32,000 bases of DNA from assembly GCF_000973505.1 (NCBI RefSeq), contig NZ_CP010048.1, forward strand, positions 30,001 through 62,000. Direction: 5' to 3'. Under the pieces are notes generated by a model. That model did no database searches. It was not told the DNA's origin and saw only the letters and a list, made by a program, of their open reading frames with translations. Made by a program: the position numbers and the translations under genes. This DNA comes from Candidatus Saccharimonadota bacterium. GTDB lineage: Bacteria; Pseudomonadota; Gammaproteobacteria; Enterobacterales; Enterobacteriaceae. Position 1 is the stretch's first letter. Every line of letters starts with the position of its first letter. Shown one piece after another: positions 20,566 to 29,369 of this stretch.

Positions 20566-21417
20566 ATGTTTGATATATTTGTTTTATTATTTGATCCTTT
20601 TATTTGTCATGGTTTTATGCGTAGAGCACTTGTTGCTTGTTGTGCATTATCTTTAAGTAGTACTCCTATAGGTGTATTTTTGTTATTGCGACACATGACT
20701 TTAATAGGTGATGCATTGTCTCATTCCATTTTACCAGGAGTAGCAATTGGATATTTTTTTTTCGGTGAATCTGTAATTGCTATGGGTTTTGGTGGATTAA
20801 TTTCTGGAGTATTAGTGAGTATATTTTCAGGGTGGATAAGTTTAAAAAATGTTTTGAGAGAAGAAGCTAGTTTTGCTGCTGTATATCTTATGTTTTTATC
20901 TTTTGGTGTTATTTTAGTATCAGTACATGGCTCTAATCTAGATTTATTAGATTTATTATTTGGTTCTGTGTTTTCTATTAATGTTGCCCAGATTCGATTT
21001 ATTGGGATTGTTAGCACTATAACTTTTTTTAGTTTGTCTATTTTTTATCGAGCATTAGTTATTGAAACATTCAATTCAACATTTCTGCAGTGTTGTTCAG
21101 TACAGTATTTTCAATATATTCATATGTTGTTTTTGTTACTGGTTGTATTAAATTTAGTAGCTAGTTTTCAGGTAATTGGTACTTTAATGTCTGTTGGATT
21201 AATGATTTTTCCTTCATTGTCTGTTTGTTATTGGACTTGTAATTTGTTAACAATGTTATGTATGTCGGTATGTATTGCAATATTATCTTCGTTAATAGGT
21301 TTATTAAGCGCGTTTTATATGTTATTACCTCCTGGTCCGGTTATTGTACTATGTAATAGTATCTTTTTTTTGTTATCAATGTTGTTTGGCAGATATAGAC
21401 ATGTAGTTGTATTTTAG
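20566..21417 (+). CDS. ABC-3 family metal importer permease (ZnuB/MntC/TroC-like)
   Basis: 283-aa polytopic ORF. ...LLLRHMTLIGDALSHSILPGVAIGY...PPGPVIVLCNSIFFLLSMLF parallels E. coli ZnuB (...[21 protein letters not shown]...PAGPSVVLCAALLFILSMM). Confidence 0.8.
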   Translation: MFDIFVLLFDPFICHGFMRRALVACCALSLSSTPIGVFLLLRHMTLIGDALSHSILPGVAIGYFFFGESVIAMGFGGLISGVLVSIFSGWISLKNVLREEASFAAVYLMFLSFGVILVSVHGSNLDLLDLLFGSVFSINVAQIRFIGIVSTITFFSLSIFYRALVIETFNSTFLQCCSVQYFQYIHMLFLLLVVLNLVASFQVIGTLMSVGLMIFPSLSVCYWTCNLLTMLCMSVCIAILSSLIGLLSAFYMLLPPGPVIVLCNSIFFLLSMLFGRYRHVVVF

Positions 21418-21612
21418 TGTAATTGGTATTTTTGTAGATGACAAATATTATGGATATATACGACGAAGTTGTATCAGGTATTGGATGATTTGTATTTTAA
21501 TGATGTTGTTTTGTGTATTAATTGGTTTATGGTAATTGCTGTTGATAATGATTTTGTATAAAAAAGCATATAATATTGTATTTTTTAACAAAAAAATATT
21601 GTTGATTGTATA

Positions 21613-22338
21613 TTAAGTGTTATTTTGATTACCGAGATATATTTGTTGTAAGTATTTATTGTTCAAGATTGCTTTAGGTTTACCTGTAGCGATTATTGTT
21701 CCTTTGTCGAGTATGTAAGCTTTATTGCAAATATTTAGTGTTTCTTGAACGTTATGATCGGTAATTAGTATACCAATACCGTTTTTTTTTAATTGCTTAA
21801 TAATTTTTTTGATGTTATTGATTGCAATTGGATCTATTCCCGAGAATGGTTCGTCAAGTAATATGAATTTTGGATTAACGGTAATTGCTCGTGCAATTTC
21901 CACTCGTCTTCGTTCACCTCCTGATAGCATGTCACCTTTAATATTACTTAAATGCGAAATTTGAAACTCATTCATTATTTTTTTGATGTGTTGATATTTT
22001 TGTGTTTTGTTCATTTTTTTTTGAATTTCTAATACGGCCATTAAATTATTGAAGACTGTTAATTGACGAAATATTGAATTTTCTTGAGGTAAGTAACTCA
22101 TTCCATGTCTTGCTCGTAAATATAGTGGTAATGTGCTAATATTTATTGTATTCAGTAAGATATATCCTGAATCATGTTGAATGATGCCTAATAGTATATA
22201 AAATATGGTACTTTTACCAGCCCCATTAGGCCCTAATAATCCTACTATTTCTCCAGAATTAATTTCTAAAGTGACATTGTGGATTATTTTTTGTTTTTTT
22301 TTTGTTTTTTTTAAATTATATGCAGCTAAAATAGACAT
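21613..22338 (-). CDS. lptB: LPS export ABC transporter ATPase LptB
   Basis: 241-aa ORF with SGEIVGLLGPNGAGKST, SYLPQE, LSGGERRRVEIARA, ILLDEPFSGIDP and ITDHNVQETL. It is colinear with E. coli LptB and lies immediately downstream of lptA. Confidence 0.95.
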   Translation of the reverse strand: MSILAAYNLKKTKKKQKIIHNVTLEINSGEIVGLLGPNGAGKSTIFYILLGIIQHDSGYILLNTINISTLPLYLRARHGMSYLPQENSIFRQLTVFNNLMAVLEIQKKMNKTQKYQHIKKIMNEFQISHLSNIKGDMLSGGERRRVEIARAITVNPKFILLDEPFSGIDPIAINNIKKIIKQLKKNGIGILITDHNVQETLNICNKAYILDKGTIIATGKPKAILNNKYLQQIYLGNQNNT

Positions 22339-22348
22339 TGTTATGTAT

Positions 22349-22921
22349 TTATTTTGTGGTATTGTGTGAAATGTTATTATGTACGTTTTTTTTGCTATGT
22401 ATATTATCGATTGTGATTATTGTTTTAGTACAATCATTGCGTTGATTGCATGTTTCTACATATCTTTTTTTAATAATGTAAATTAAGCAATTGCTTTGTA
22501 ATATGTTGTTATTTGTTTTTAAATAAGCTTGTCCTTGTAATATAACAGTATTTTTTTTTTCATTGTATAATATATATGAAGATGTGATTAATATTTGGTT
22601 TTTGTTATTTTTTGAATAATAAAGAATGCTTGGGTTTCCGTAAGTTGTTATTGTATGTTTTGTTTTTTTTTTATTAATGATAGCTTTATCTGCATAAATA
22701 ATAATATTGTTTTGTTGAATAACTACATTGCCTGTAATAGTTAATATATTTCTTGTTATGTCAATGCTTTGGTGATTAGCATAAATGTGTATTGGTGTTT
22801 CTATATTGTGAGTTTGAATGAGTGCTTGTGTATTTTGTGTGCTGATAAATAATAATACTAGAGTTTGTTTTTTAAATAATGATTTATAATGGTATTTGTT
22901 TTTGTGAATGTTGTGTTTCAT
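22349..22921 (-). CDS. lptA: Periplasmic LPS transport protein LptA (OstA-like fold)
   Basis: 190-aa ORF with an N-terminal hydrophobic signal. PIHIYANHQSIDITRNILTITGNVVIQQNNIIIYADKAII matches E. coli PIHIESDQQSLDMQGNVVTFTGNVIVTQGTIKINADKVVV. The sequence is divergent, but its position upstream of lptB is diagnostic. Confidence 0.8.
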   Translation of the reverse strand: MKHNIHKNKYHYKSLFKKQTLVLLFISTQNTQALIQTHNIETPIHIYANHQSIDITRNILTITGNVVIQQNNIIIYADKAIINKKKTKHTITTYGNPSILYYSKNNKNQILITSSYILYNEKKNTVILQGQAYLKTNNNILQSNCLIYIIKKRYVETCNQRNDCTKTIITIDNIHSKKNVHNNISHNTTK

Positions 22922-23207
22922 GTACTGTTTGTTTGTATTATATCAAACGTTTCTGTAATTGTTCTATGAAAATTACTTTGAGTTTTTTTTATAGCAGTAG
23001 TTTTGAAACATTGTGTATATGCTGATTATTTTATTTTAAATGTGATTTTGTGTGTTGTTAATTGTAATTAATTTATTAAGATTTTTTTGTTGTTGTATTT
23101 TAAATAATTTTGCAGTTTTTGTATGTTTTTTGCGTTGTTATTTTAGTATTATCGTGTTTATGAATGTCACGTTTGATTTTATTTTCTGTTATATTTTTGT
23201 CCATTAT
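22918..23207 (-). pseudogene. lptC: Possible eroded remnant of lptC (fragments in three frames, about half the normal length)
   Basis: The reverse strand directly upstream of lptA has no long ORF. Three successive frames read IQQQKNLNKLITINNTQNHI*, NKIISIYTMFQNYCYKKNSK* and ...TAIKKTQSNFHRTITETFDIIQTNST*. The last stop (TGA at 22920-22918) overlaps the lptA ATG. These loosely parallel E. coli LptC ...RITTDNAQINL..VTLYGTTFNSSGLKM..AELIEKVRTSYEIQNKQ. The similarity was judged by eye and is weak. Confidence 0.35.
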
Positions 23208-23362
23208 AATATAATCAAGTTTTGAATATAATAAATATTAGTGTTTTTTTGTGTTATATAGAATTAACTCATATCAGTATATCATTTATAAAATATATAT
23301 TATAATATATTGTGTGTGTTTTGATTATATGTTTAATATTTTGGAAAATGTAGTTTTTGATT

Positions 23363-23620
23363 ATGGATATTAGTGAAATTAAGAATTTATTGATTCGCCG
23401 TCTTGAGTTAAATAATGTATATATTAATGAAGATGATGGTAAACATTATTGGATTATTGTTATAGGTGATTGTTTTTTGAATATAAATATGTTGCAAAGG
23501 CAAAAAATGGTTTATTCGGTATTGATGCAGTATATTTTAGATGGTTATATTCATTCAGTTTTCATTCAGTCTTTTACTGTCATTGAATGGGAGGAAGCGT
23601 GCAAATTGAATTTGCAATAA
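23363..23620 (+). CDS. ibaG: BolA-family acid-stress protein IbaG (YrbA)
   Basis: The track ORF starts at a TTG at 23357, and an ATG lies at 23363. [32 protein letters not shown] parallels E. coli [32 protein letters not shown]. It sits immediately upstream of murA, as in E. coli. Confidence 0.8.
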   Translation: MDISEIKNLLIRRLELNNVYINEDDGKHYWIIVIGDCFLNINMLQRQKMVYSVLMQYILDGYIHSVFIQSFTVIEWEEACKLNLQ

Positions 23621-23663
23621 TAATAATTTTTATATGTATATTTATTTAAGTACATTGTCATTT

Positions 23664-24926
23664 ATGCATAAATTTTATATTCAAGGTCCTACAGAATTAA
23701 AAGGTGAGGTTTTAATTTCAGGTTCAAAAAATTCTGCTTTACCGATTTTATTTGCTAGCTTATTAACTGATAAGCCAGTGGAAATTAGAAATATACCTAA
23801 TTTGAAAGATGTTGATATTACTATTCAATTGTTACATCAATTGGGTGCTAAAGTAGAGAGTGATGGTGCTATATTTATAGATGCTAGTACTGTGAATACT
23901 TGTTGTGTGTCACATAATTTAGTAAAAAGTATACGAGCTTCTATTTGGATTTTAGCTCCGTTATTAGCTCGATTTGGTTATGGTGAAATATTTTTACCTG
24001 GTGGTTGTTCTATCGGAAAGAGACCTGTAGATTTACATATTCACGGATTACAGAAATTAGGTGCTCATATTCAACAATTAGAATCTGGATATATAAAAGC
24101 ATCAGTAAATGGACGCTTGCGTGGTGCTCATATTGTTATGGAGAAAATTAGTGTAGGTGCCACGGTGAGTATAATGAGTGCGGCTACTTTAGCTGAGGGT
24201 ATAACTGTAATTGAAAATGCTGCTCGTGAACCTGAAGTGATTGATACTGCGAATTTTTTAATTACATTGGGGACACATATTGTTGGGGCAGGTAGTGATA
24301 AAATTATTATTAAAGGAGTGAGGAAATTAGGGGGGGGGAGTTATTATATTATTCCCGATCGTATTGAAACTGGAACATTTCTAGTAGCAGCAGCAATTTC
24401 TCGCGGTGATGTGATATGTCGCTATTCTGATCCATTGGTTTTAGAAAATGTGTTGATAAAATTATATGAAGCTGGGGCTAAGATTACGATAGGTAATGAT
24501 TGGATACGTTTGAATATGTTTGGACGGCGTCCTAAGGCAGTATCGATAAGAACTAGTCCGTATCCAGGATTTCCAACTGATATGCAAGCTCAATTTAGTT
24601 TATTGAATGTTATTGCTGAAGGGAACGGGGTAATTGTAGAAAGTGTTTTTGAAAATCGTTTCATGCATATCCAAGAATTAGTGCGTATGGGTGCCAAAGT
24701 ATATATACAGGGCAATATGTTGGTGTGTTATGGGGTTAATACTTTAGTTGGGACTCATGTTATGGCAAGTGATTTGAGAGGTTCTGCCAGTTTAGTGTTA
24801 GCTGGTTGTATTGCAGAAGGGTTAACCACAGTACATTCTGTTCATCATATTGATCGAGGATATGATTGTATAGATCAGAAATTATGTAATCTTGGTGCAT
24901 ATATCGATCGTGTTTTTGATGAATAA
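23664..24926 (+). CDS. murA: UDP-N-acetylglucosamine 1-carboxyvinyltransferase
   Basis: The track ORF starts at 23634. The ATG at 23664 gives [31 protein letters not shown], compared with E. coli [31 protein letters not shown], and a length of 420 aa against 419. The active-site region [15 protein letters not shown] is present (equivalent to Cys115). Confidence 0.96.
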   Translation: MHKFYIQGPTELKGEVLISGSKNSALPILFASLLTDKPVEIRNIPNLKDVDITIQLLHQLGAKVESDGAIFIDASTVNTCCVSHNLVKSIRASIWILAPLLARFGYGEIFLPGGCSIGKRPVDLHIHGLQKLGAHIQQLESGYIKASVNGRLRGAHIVMEKISVGATVSIMSAATLAEGITVIENAAREPEVIDTANFLITLGTHIVGAGSDKIIIKGVRKLGGGSYYIIPDRIETGTFLVAAAISRGDVICRYSDPLVLENVLIKLYEAGAKITIGNDWIRLNMFGRRPKAVSIRTSPYPGFPTDMQAQFSLLNVIAEGNGVIVESVFENRFMHIQELVRMGAKVYIQGNMLVCYGVNTLVGTHVMASDLRGSASLVLAGCIAEGLTTVHSVHHIDRGYDCIDQKLCNLGAYIDRVFDE

Positions 24927-25015
24927 TAAAATATAAAACGAATTATGTGTATGTTCGATGATATTATTTTGAATTATTAATTAATATGTTTGTATCATGA
25001 ATATGAATTAGTATA

Positions 25016-26392
25016 TTAACGTAATAGTAAGAAAATATTAGCATCTCCTCTTATAATATTGAGGGCCATGACTGCTGGTTTTCCGTTTAACGCTTTTTTT
25101 AATTGTGAAAGATTACGTATTCGTTCTCGGTTTAGTCCTATGATAATATCTCCTTTTTGTAATCCAATAGCTGCAGCTGGAGAATCTTTTATCACATCTT
25201 CAACTTGCACCCCTTTTGTTCCATCTTTTAGGTTTCCATTACTTAAAGAAGCTCCTTGTAGGGCTGGAGTTAATACCTCCTCGGTAGTGCTGACAGAACT
25301 GCTGTCATCTAATACAACAGAAACAGTTTGATATTTGCTGTTTCGTAATAGGCCTAGTTGAATGGTATTTCCAGGAGCTGTAGTTCCAACTTTCACGCGT
25401 AATTCTGCAAAGCTTTGTATAGGTTTTCCTTGAATAGATATAATAATGTCTCCAGCTTTGATATTGGCTTTAGCAGCTGCTGATCCTGGTAGTACTTCAC
25501 TAACAAAAGCACCTCGTTGTGCATGAATGTTAAATGCTTTAGCAATATCTGAGGTTAATTCAGTGCCTTTTATTCCTAATTGTCCTCGTTTAACTTCACC
25601 AAATTCAATTAATTGTTGACTTAAATTTTTTACGATGTTACTTGGAATAGCGAATCCTATGCCAATATTACCTCCTCCTGGTGCTAAAATAGCAGTATTA
25701 ATTCCAATTAATTCACCTTTAAGATTGACTAATGCACCTCCAGAGTTTCCCCGGTTAATAGAAGCATCTGTTTGAATGAAGTTTTCGAGTCCTTCAAGAT
25801 TTAATCCACTTCTTCCTAATGCTGATACGATTCCAGAAGTTGCTGTTTGTCCTAAACCAAATGGATTACCTACTGCTACGGCGAAATCTCCCACTTTGAG
25901 AACATCAGAGTCAGCCATTGTAACTTCAATAAGATTTTTGGGTTTTGGTAGTTGTAAGAGAGCCAGGTCCGTTTGTTCATCATGTCCGACTAATTTGGCA
26001 TTGAATTCTCTTCCATCATTAAGTTGTATTTTTATTTTGTTTGCACCGTTAACTACGTGGTTATTGGTAATTATGTATCCCTTTTTAGAGTTAATAATTA
26101 CTCCGGATCCTAATCCTTCAAATGGCCGTGATCCTATGCTACCTCCTGGAATTTCGGGACCGAAGAAGTATTTAAACTCTTTTGGTAAAGTTAGTCGTCG
26201 TACCGGTTGAGTACCTTCTACATGTACGCTAACTACAGCTGGTAGTACTTTGTCTAACATTGGAGCTAAACTTGGTATTTCTTTTTCTTGTTTTTGTATT
26301 TCATTAGGTAATGCAGCTTGATTAGTGATATTTAGATTCATTCCTGTAGATATAGTTAGTATCAACAATGTATTTAAAAATATTTTTTTCAT
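25016..26392 (-). CDS. degQ: Periplasmic serine endoprotease of the HtrA family, DegQ-like (protease domain plus two PDZ domains)
   Basis: 458-aa ORF with a signal peptide. A long stretch, VGDFAVAVGNPFGLGQTATSGIVSALGRSGLNLEGLENFIQTDASINRGNSGGAL, is identical to E. coli DegQ as I recall it. The C-terminus ANIFLLLR compares with ESIYLLMR. Its divergent position next to rplM also matches degQ. Confidence 0.9.
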   Translation of the reverse strand: MKKIFLNTLLILTISTGMNLNITNQAALPNEIQKQEKEIPSLAPMLDKVLPAVVSVHVEGTQPVRRLTLPKEFKYFFGPEIPGGSIGSRPFEGLGSGVIINSKKGYIITNNHVVNGANKIKIQLNDGREFNAKLVGHDEQTDLALLQLPKPKNLIEVTMADSDVLKVGDFAVAVGNPFGLGQTATSGIVSALGRSGLNLEGLENFIQTDASINRGNSGGALVNLKGELIGINTAILAPGGGNIGIGFAIPSNIVKNLSQQLIEFGEVKRGQLGIKGTELTSDIAKAFNIHAQRGAFVSEVLPGSAAAKANIKAGDIIISIQGKPIQSFAELRVKVGTTAPGNTIQLGLLRNSKYQTVSVVLDDSSSVSTTEEVLTPALQGASLSNGNLKDGTKGVQVEDVIKDSPAAAIGLQKGDIIIGLNRERIRNLSQLKKALNGKPAVMALNIIRGDANIFLLLR

Positions 26393-26975
26393 GTATATTT
26401 TGTTTATGATTTGTGAGTTTGGATTTAGTGTAGTTTAGGTATTTTTTTTACTTAGTATTTGGATCGTAGTGTTTGATCGCATGTATCTTTAATATTCAGG
26501 ATAATCTTTTGGTACTTTTGTTATTGTTAAAAATTTATTAGTATTAGTATCAGTTATGATTAGTAGTTAGTTACGATATCATATCATGTTTATATCATAT
26601 TTGATTTAAATCAAACTGCTGATTATTTTGTTTGTTTGTATTATTTTGGTTAGTGATGAAAATATTTGAATTTTTGAGTATTATGTGTATAGTGTTTGGT
26701 AGTTATTAGCAATAACATCTTAATTTTTAAATTAATTTATTAATAATAGTTGTGTATTTTGGTTAAAGTTATTTAATTCTTTCTGAATATTTGTCCAATT
26801 GTTTTGTGTCATTTTGTTGGTATGTGTTTTTCTGTGGATTTTTTGATTTTTCTGGTATAGATTACTATTTTTTAGCTTTATTGTAAATATTCTTAATATA
26901 TTAATATAAATCCAGCGATTAGTTTAATTAATCCGTATTCATCAGCATATAGTATTTTATTCCGATTTTCCTTTG

Positions 26976-27001
26976 CAAGGTGTATTTACAAGGTGTATTT
27001 A
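26976..27001. repeat. Perfect tandem duplication of the 13-mer CAAGGTGTATTTA
   Basis: Direct reading: copies at 26976-26988 and 26989-27001, in the 1.1-kb degQ-rplM spacer. Confidence 0.6.
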
Positions 27002-27493
27002 CTTTTTAAATAATTTTAGTAAAATTTATATAATTAAGTTTGTGTAATTAAGTATTTTGTGTTTGAAAAATAAATATTTTATTTCTAAAATTAAAAAGAT
27101 TATATACTCGTTATATATCAATAAATTCGTTACAATAAAATAATATCAGTAAACAAATTGATAGATTATATTTTGTGAATTTTTAATTTGTTAATTAAAA
27201 AAATTCGTTGTTTAGTGTTGAAATTTTTTATTGTATTATGTTAACATTACCAATGTGTTAGTTTGTTAAAATTTAGTTTATTAAAATAATGTTATAGATT
27301 TAGTAAAATTAAAATTTTAGATTTAGTTGTTTGCTTGTTGAATGGTTAATGGAGTTTTTGTTGTGGGTGTCTGCTCGTTTTAAAATTCTGTACATGGTTT
27401 ATTAGATTAGATTTTGACAATATTTGAATTAAATTGTGTTTTCTGTGTGTAGTTTTAGTTTAGTGATTTTTAGGGCAGGGGTATTTTTTGTTA

Positions 27494-27940
27494 ATGAATA
27501 AAGAGTTACAGGTTACAAAAAAAAAATCGAAATGGTATGTTATAGATGCGTCGGATAAAATTTTAGGACGTTTGGCCAGTGAGCTAGCTTGTTTGTTGCG
27601 CGGGAAACATAAAGTAGAGTATGTTCCATATTTGAGTTATGGGGATTATTGTATCGTATTAAATGCTGGCAGAATTGTTGTTACTGGTCGTAAAAAAATA
27701 AATAAAAGATATTTTCATCATACTGGCTATCCTGGTGGTATTAAGGAGTGTACGTTTTCTGAGATGTTAGCACGTGCGCCTGAGAGAGTTATTGAAATTG
27801 CTGTAAAAGGAATGTTGCCAAAGGGACCATTAGGTCGGATAATGTATCGAAAATTAAGGGTTTATTCTGGTTCTAAACATCCTCATGTAGCACAAAAGCC
27901 TAGTGTGTTAGAGTTATCAAATAGCAAAAAAAGATACTAA
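27494..27940 (+). CDS. rplM: 50S ribosomal protein L13
   Basis: The track ORF starts at a TTG at 27488, and an ATG lies at 27494. [19 protein letters not shown]...GDYCIVLNA...[12 protein letters not shown]...[19 protein letters not shown] is colinear with E. coli L13. Confidence 0.96.
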   Translation: MNKELQVTKKKSKWYVIDASDKILGRLASELACLLRGKHKVEYVPYLSYGDYCIVLNAGRIVVTGRKKINKRYFHHTGYPGGIKECTFSEMLARAPERVIEIAVKGMLPKGPLGRIMYRKLRVYSGSKHPHVAQKPSVLELSNSKKRY

Positions 27941-27993
27941 ACTAAAAGAATCAAGCCGTATATTGATTTGTAGTAAATTAGGTGTTATTCATC

Positions 27994-28395
27994 ATGAAGT
28001 TAAATTCTCATAAATATTATTATGCTACCGGTCGTCGTAAACATTCAACGGCTCGTGTTTTTCTTAAAGATGGCACGGGTGAAATTGTTATTAATAATCG
28101 TGCTTTGGATCAGTATTTTGGTAGGCGTACTACCCAGTTTCTTGTGAAACAGCCATTAACGTTAGTAAATATGTTAGATGAGTTTGATTTGTATATTACA
28201 GTAAAAGGTGGTGGTAATTCTGGGCAAGCTGGTGCCATACGTCATGGCATATCACGTGCTTTGTTGAAATATGATGAAACATTAAAAGTATTGTTGCGTC
28301 AAGTCGGTTTTGTTACCCGTGATGCTCGACGGGTAGAACGAAAGAAATGTGGTTTTCGTAAATCTCGCCGTCGACCTCAGTTTTCCAAACGGTAG
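27994..28395 (+). CDS. rpsI: 30S ribosomal protein S9
   Basis: The track ORF starts at a GTG at 27982. The ATG at 27994 is preceded by [21 protein letters not shown]...[25 protein letters not shown]...[29 protein letters not shown] matches E. coli S9, including the C-terminus. Confidence 0.96.
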   Translation: MKLNSHKYYYATGRRKHSTARVFLKDGTGEIVINNRALDQYFGRRTTQFLVKQPLTLVNMLDEFDLYITVKGGGNSGQAGAIRHGISRALLKYDETLKVLLRQVGFVTRDARRVERKKCGFRKSRRRPQFSKR

Positions 28396-28512
28396 TGTAA
28401 TTATTATTATTTGTTTATTTTAATAATTTGTTATTTTATTTGATTGATTGAGTTTTTTTAGTTTTTTTATAAATTATTAACTAATCGGGATTGTTTAATT
28501 TTAATTTAAATA

Positions 28513-29103
28513 CTAAATATATTGTATCCCAAGTATTATATGTGTGATACCTTGTATTTTACTCACAGTGCGTATTATTGTTTTTTTTTCTTGGTGTGAT
28601 GTTTGTCCTAAAAGAAATACCTCTTTGTTTTCAGTTACAATTTTTATATTCGATAATGTTATATTTTTGTTCATTAGGCAGTATAGGTGAATTTTGCTAC
28701 TAATCCACCAATCCATGAGTATTTTATTTAATGTTAGTGGTTTAATATTTCGAATTTCGTTATACACTTTTTTAGTGCCTGGAATGTTCATTATGATTTT
28801 TTCAGCTTGATGAATGATAGTAATTGAAGGTGATTGTCCTGTTAGTAGGACATTTCCTTGATAGACCGAACTGATAATTCTTGTCTTTTGTTTTATTTGT
28901 TTGTTGTTGGATAAAGCGTTAGCAATGTGTATTTCTAATGTTTTATCATTTATTTGTGTTCCAAGTGTTCGTGGGTCTTTAAGTATTTTAGTAGCAAGAG
29001 TAGCTGTTCCAAGTATGAGTGTTCCTGAACATTGTTGTAGTATTGTGCACATTAGAAGTAATACTAATCCTAGTGTGATATACCGAGTATTCAATATTTT
29101 CAT
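28513..29103 (-). CDS. dolP: Outer-membrane lipoprotein DolP (YraP), dual BON domain
   Basis: 196-aa ORF with a signal peptide and a lipobox-like LQQC. DPRTLGTQINDKTLEIHIANALS...YQGNVLLTGQSP...VYNEIR...IKIVTENKEVFLLGQ parallels E. coli DPRSVGTQVDDGTLEVRVNSALS...YQGKVLLVGQSP...VYNEIR...VKVTTENGEVFLMGL. Confidence 0.82.
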   Translation of the reverse strand: MKILNTRYITLGLVLLLMCTILQQCSGTLILGTATLATKILKDPRTLGTQINDKTLEIHIANALSNNKQIKQKTRIISSVYQGNVLLTGQSPSITIIHQAEKIIMNIPGTKKVYNEIRNIKPLTLNKILMDWWISSKIHLYCLMNKNITLSNIKIVTENKEVFLLGQTSHQEKKTIIRTVSKIQGITHIILGIQYI

Positions 29104-29343
29104 TTTAGACCTTAGTTAATAATATTAATGACTGGATCTTATTTTCATTGTTGGATGTTTAATTAATGTTGTGTATGATTTCTTTAACATGGTTGTTATT
29201 AGATATATTATATTGTAATAAATAAAAAATTTTTATAATGTTTGTGATTTATAATTTTTATGTTTTTGTTTATAAAATGTTTTTATAGGTATCTTTTTAT
29301 ATGTGTTGTATTTTCAAGTAAATTATTGTATTTTATTTATATA

Positions 29344-29369
29344 TATTAATATTAAATATTAATATTAAA
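29344..29369. repeat. Perfect tandem duplication of the 13-mer TATTAATATTAAA
   Basis: Direct reading: copies at 29344-29356 and 29357-29369, in the dolP-rsmI spacer. Confidence 0.6.

Noticed and set aside
23106-23207. 34-codon reverse-strand ORF MDKNITENKIKRDIHKHDNTKITTQKTYKNCKII* as a possible small gene upstream of lptA
   Set aside because: It is a Lys/Asn/Thr-rich low-complexity translation of A-rich sequence with no ribosome-binding site. It is more simply part of the eroded lptC region.
25059-26210. 90-aa (25059..25331) and 144-aa (25776..26210) ORFs on the + strand
   Set aside because: Both are antisense to degQ, whose identity is beyond reasonable doubt. The locally higher GC content removes stop codons on the opposite strand. 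I see no independent coding signal.
27414-27419. Perfect TTGACA -35 hexamer upstream of rplM as a promoter
   Set aside because: No acceptable -10 hexamer lies 16-18 nt downstream (TGTTTT at 27437-27442). A single hexamer match is not evidence, so I did not report it as a feature.
1455-27993. Extended N-termini suggested by the track (starts at 1455, 5354, 8752, 23357, 23634, 27488, 27982)
   Set aside because: These begin at upstream TTG, GTG or ATG codons and add residues absent from the E. coli orthologs. Internal ATGs at 1524, 5363, 8767, 23363, 23664, 27494 and 27994 restore ortholog-like N-termini and lengths, and several follow Shine-Dalgarno-like purine runs. The true starts remain unverified.
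1250-29369. Whether the short tandem repeats at 1250, 8251, 26976 and 29344 form a CRISPR array or minisatellite
   Set aside because: Each has only 2-3 copies of a 7-15 nt AT-rich unit with no unique spacers, no shared repeat sequence between loci and no cas genes. They are consistent with replication-slippage duplications in decaying spacers.
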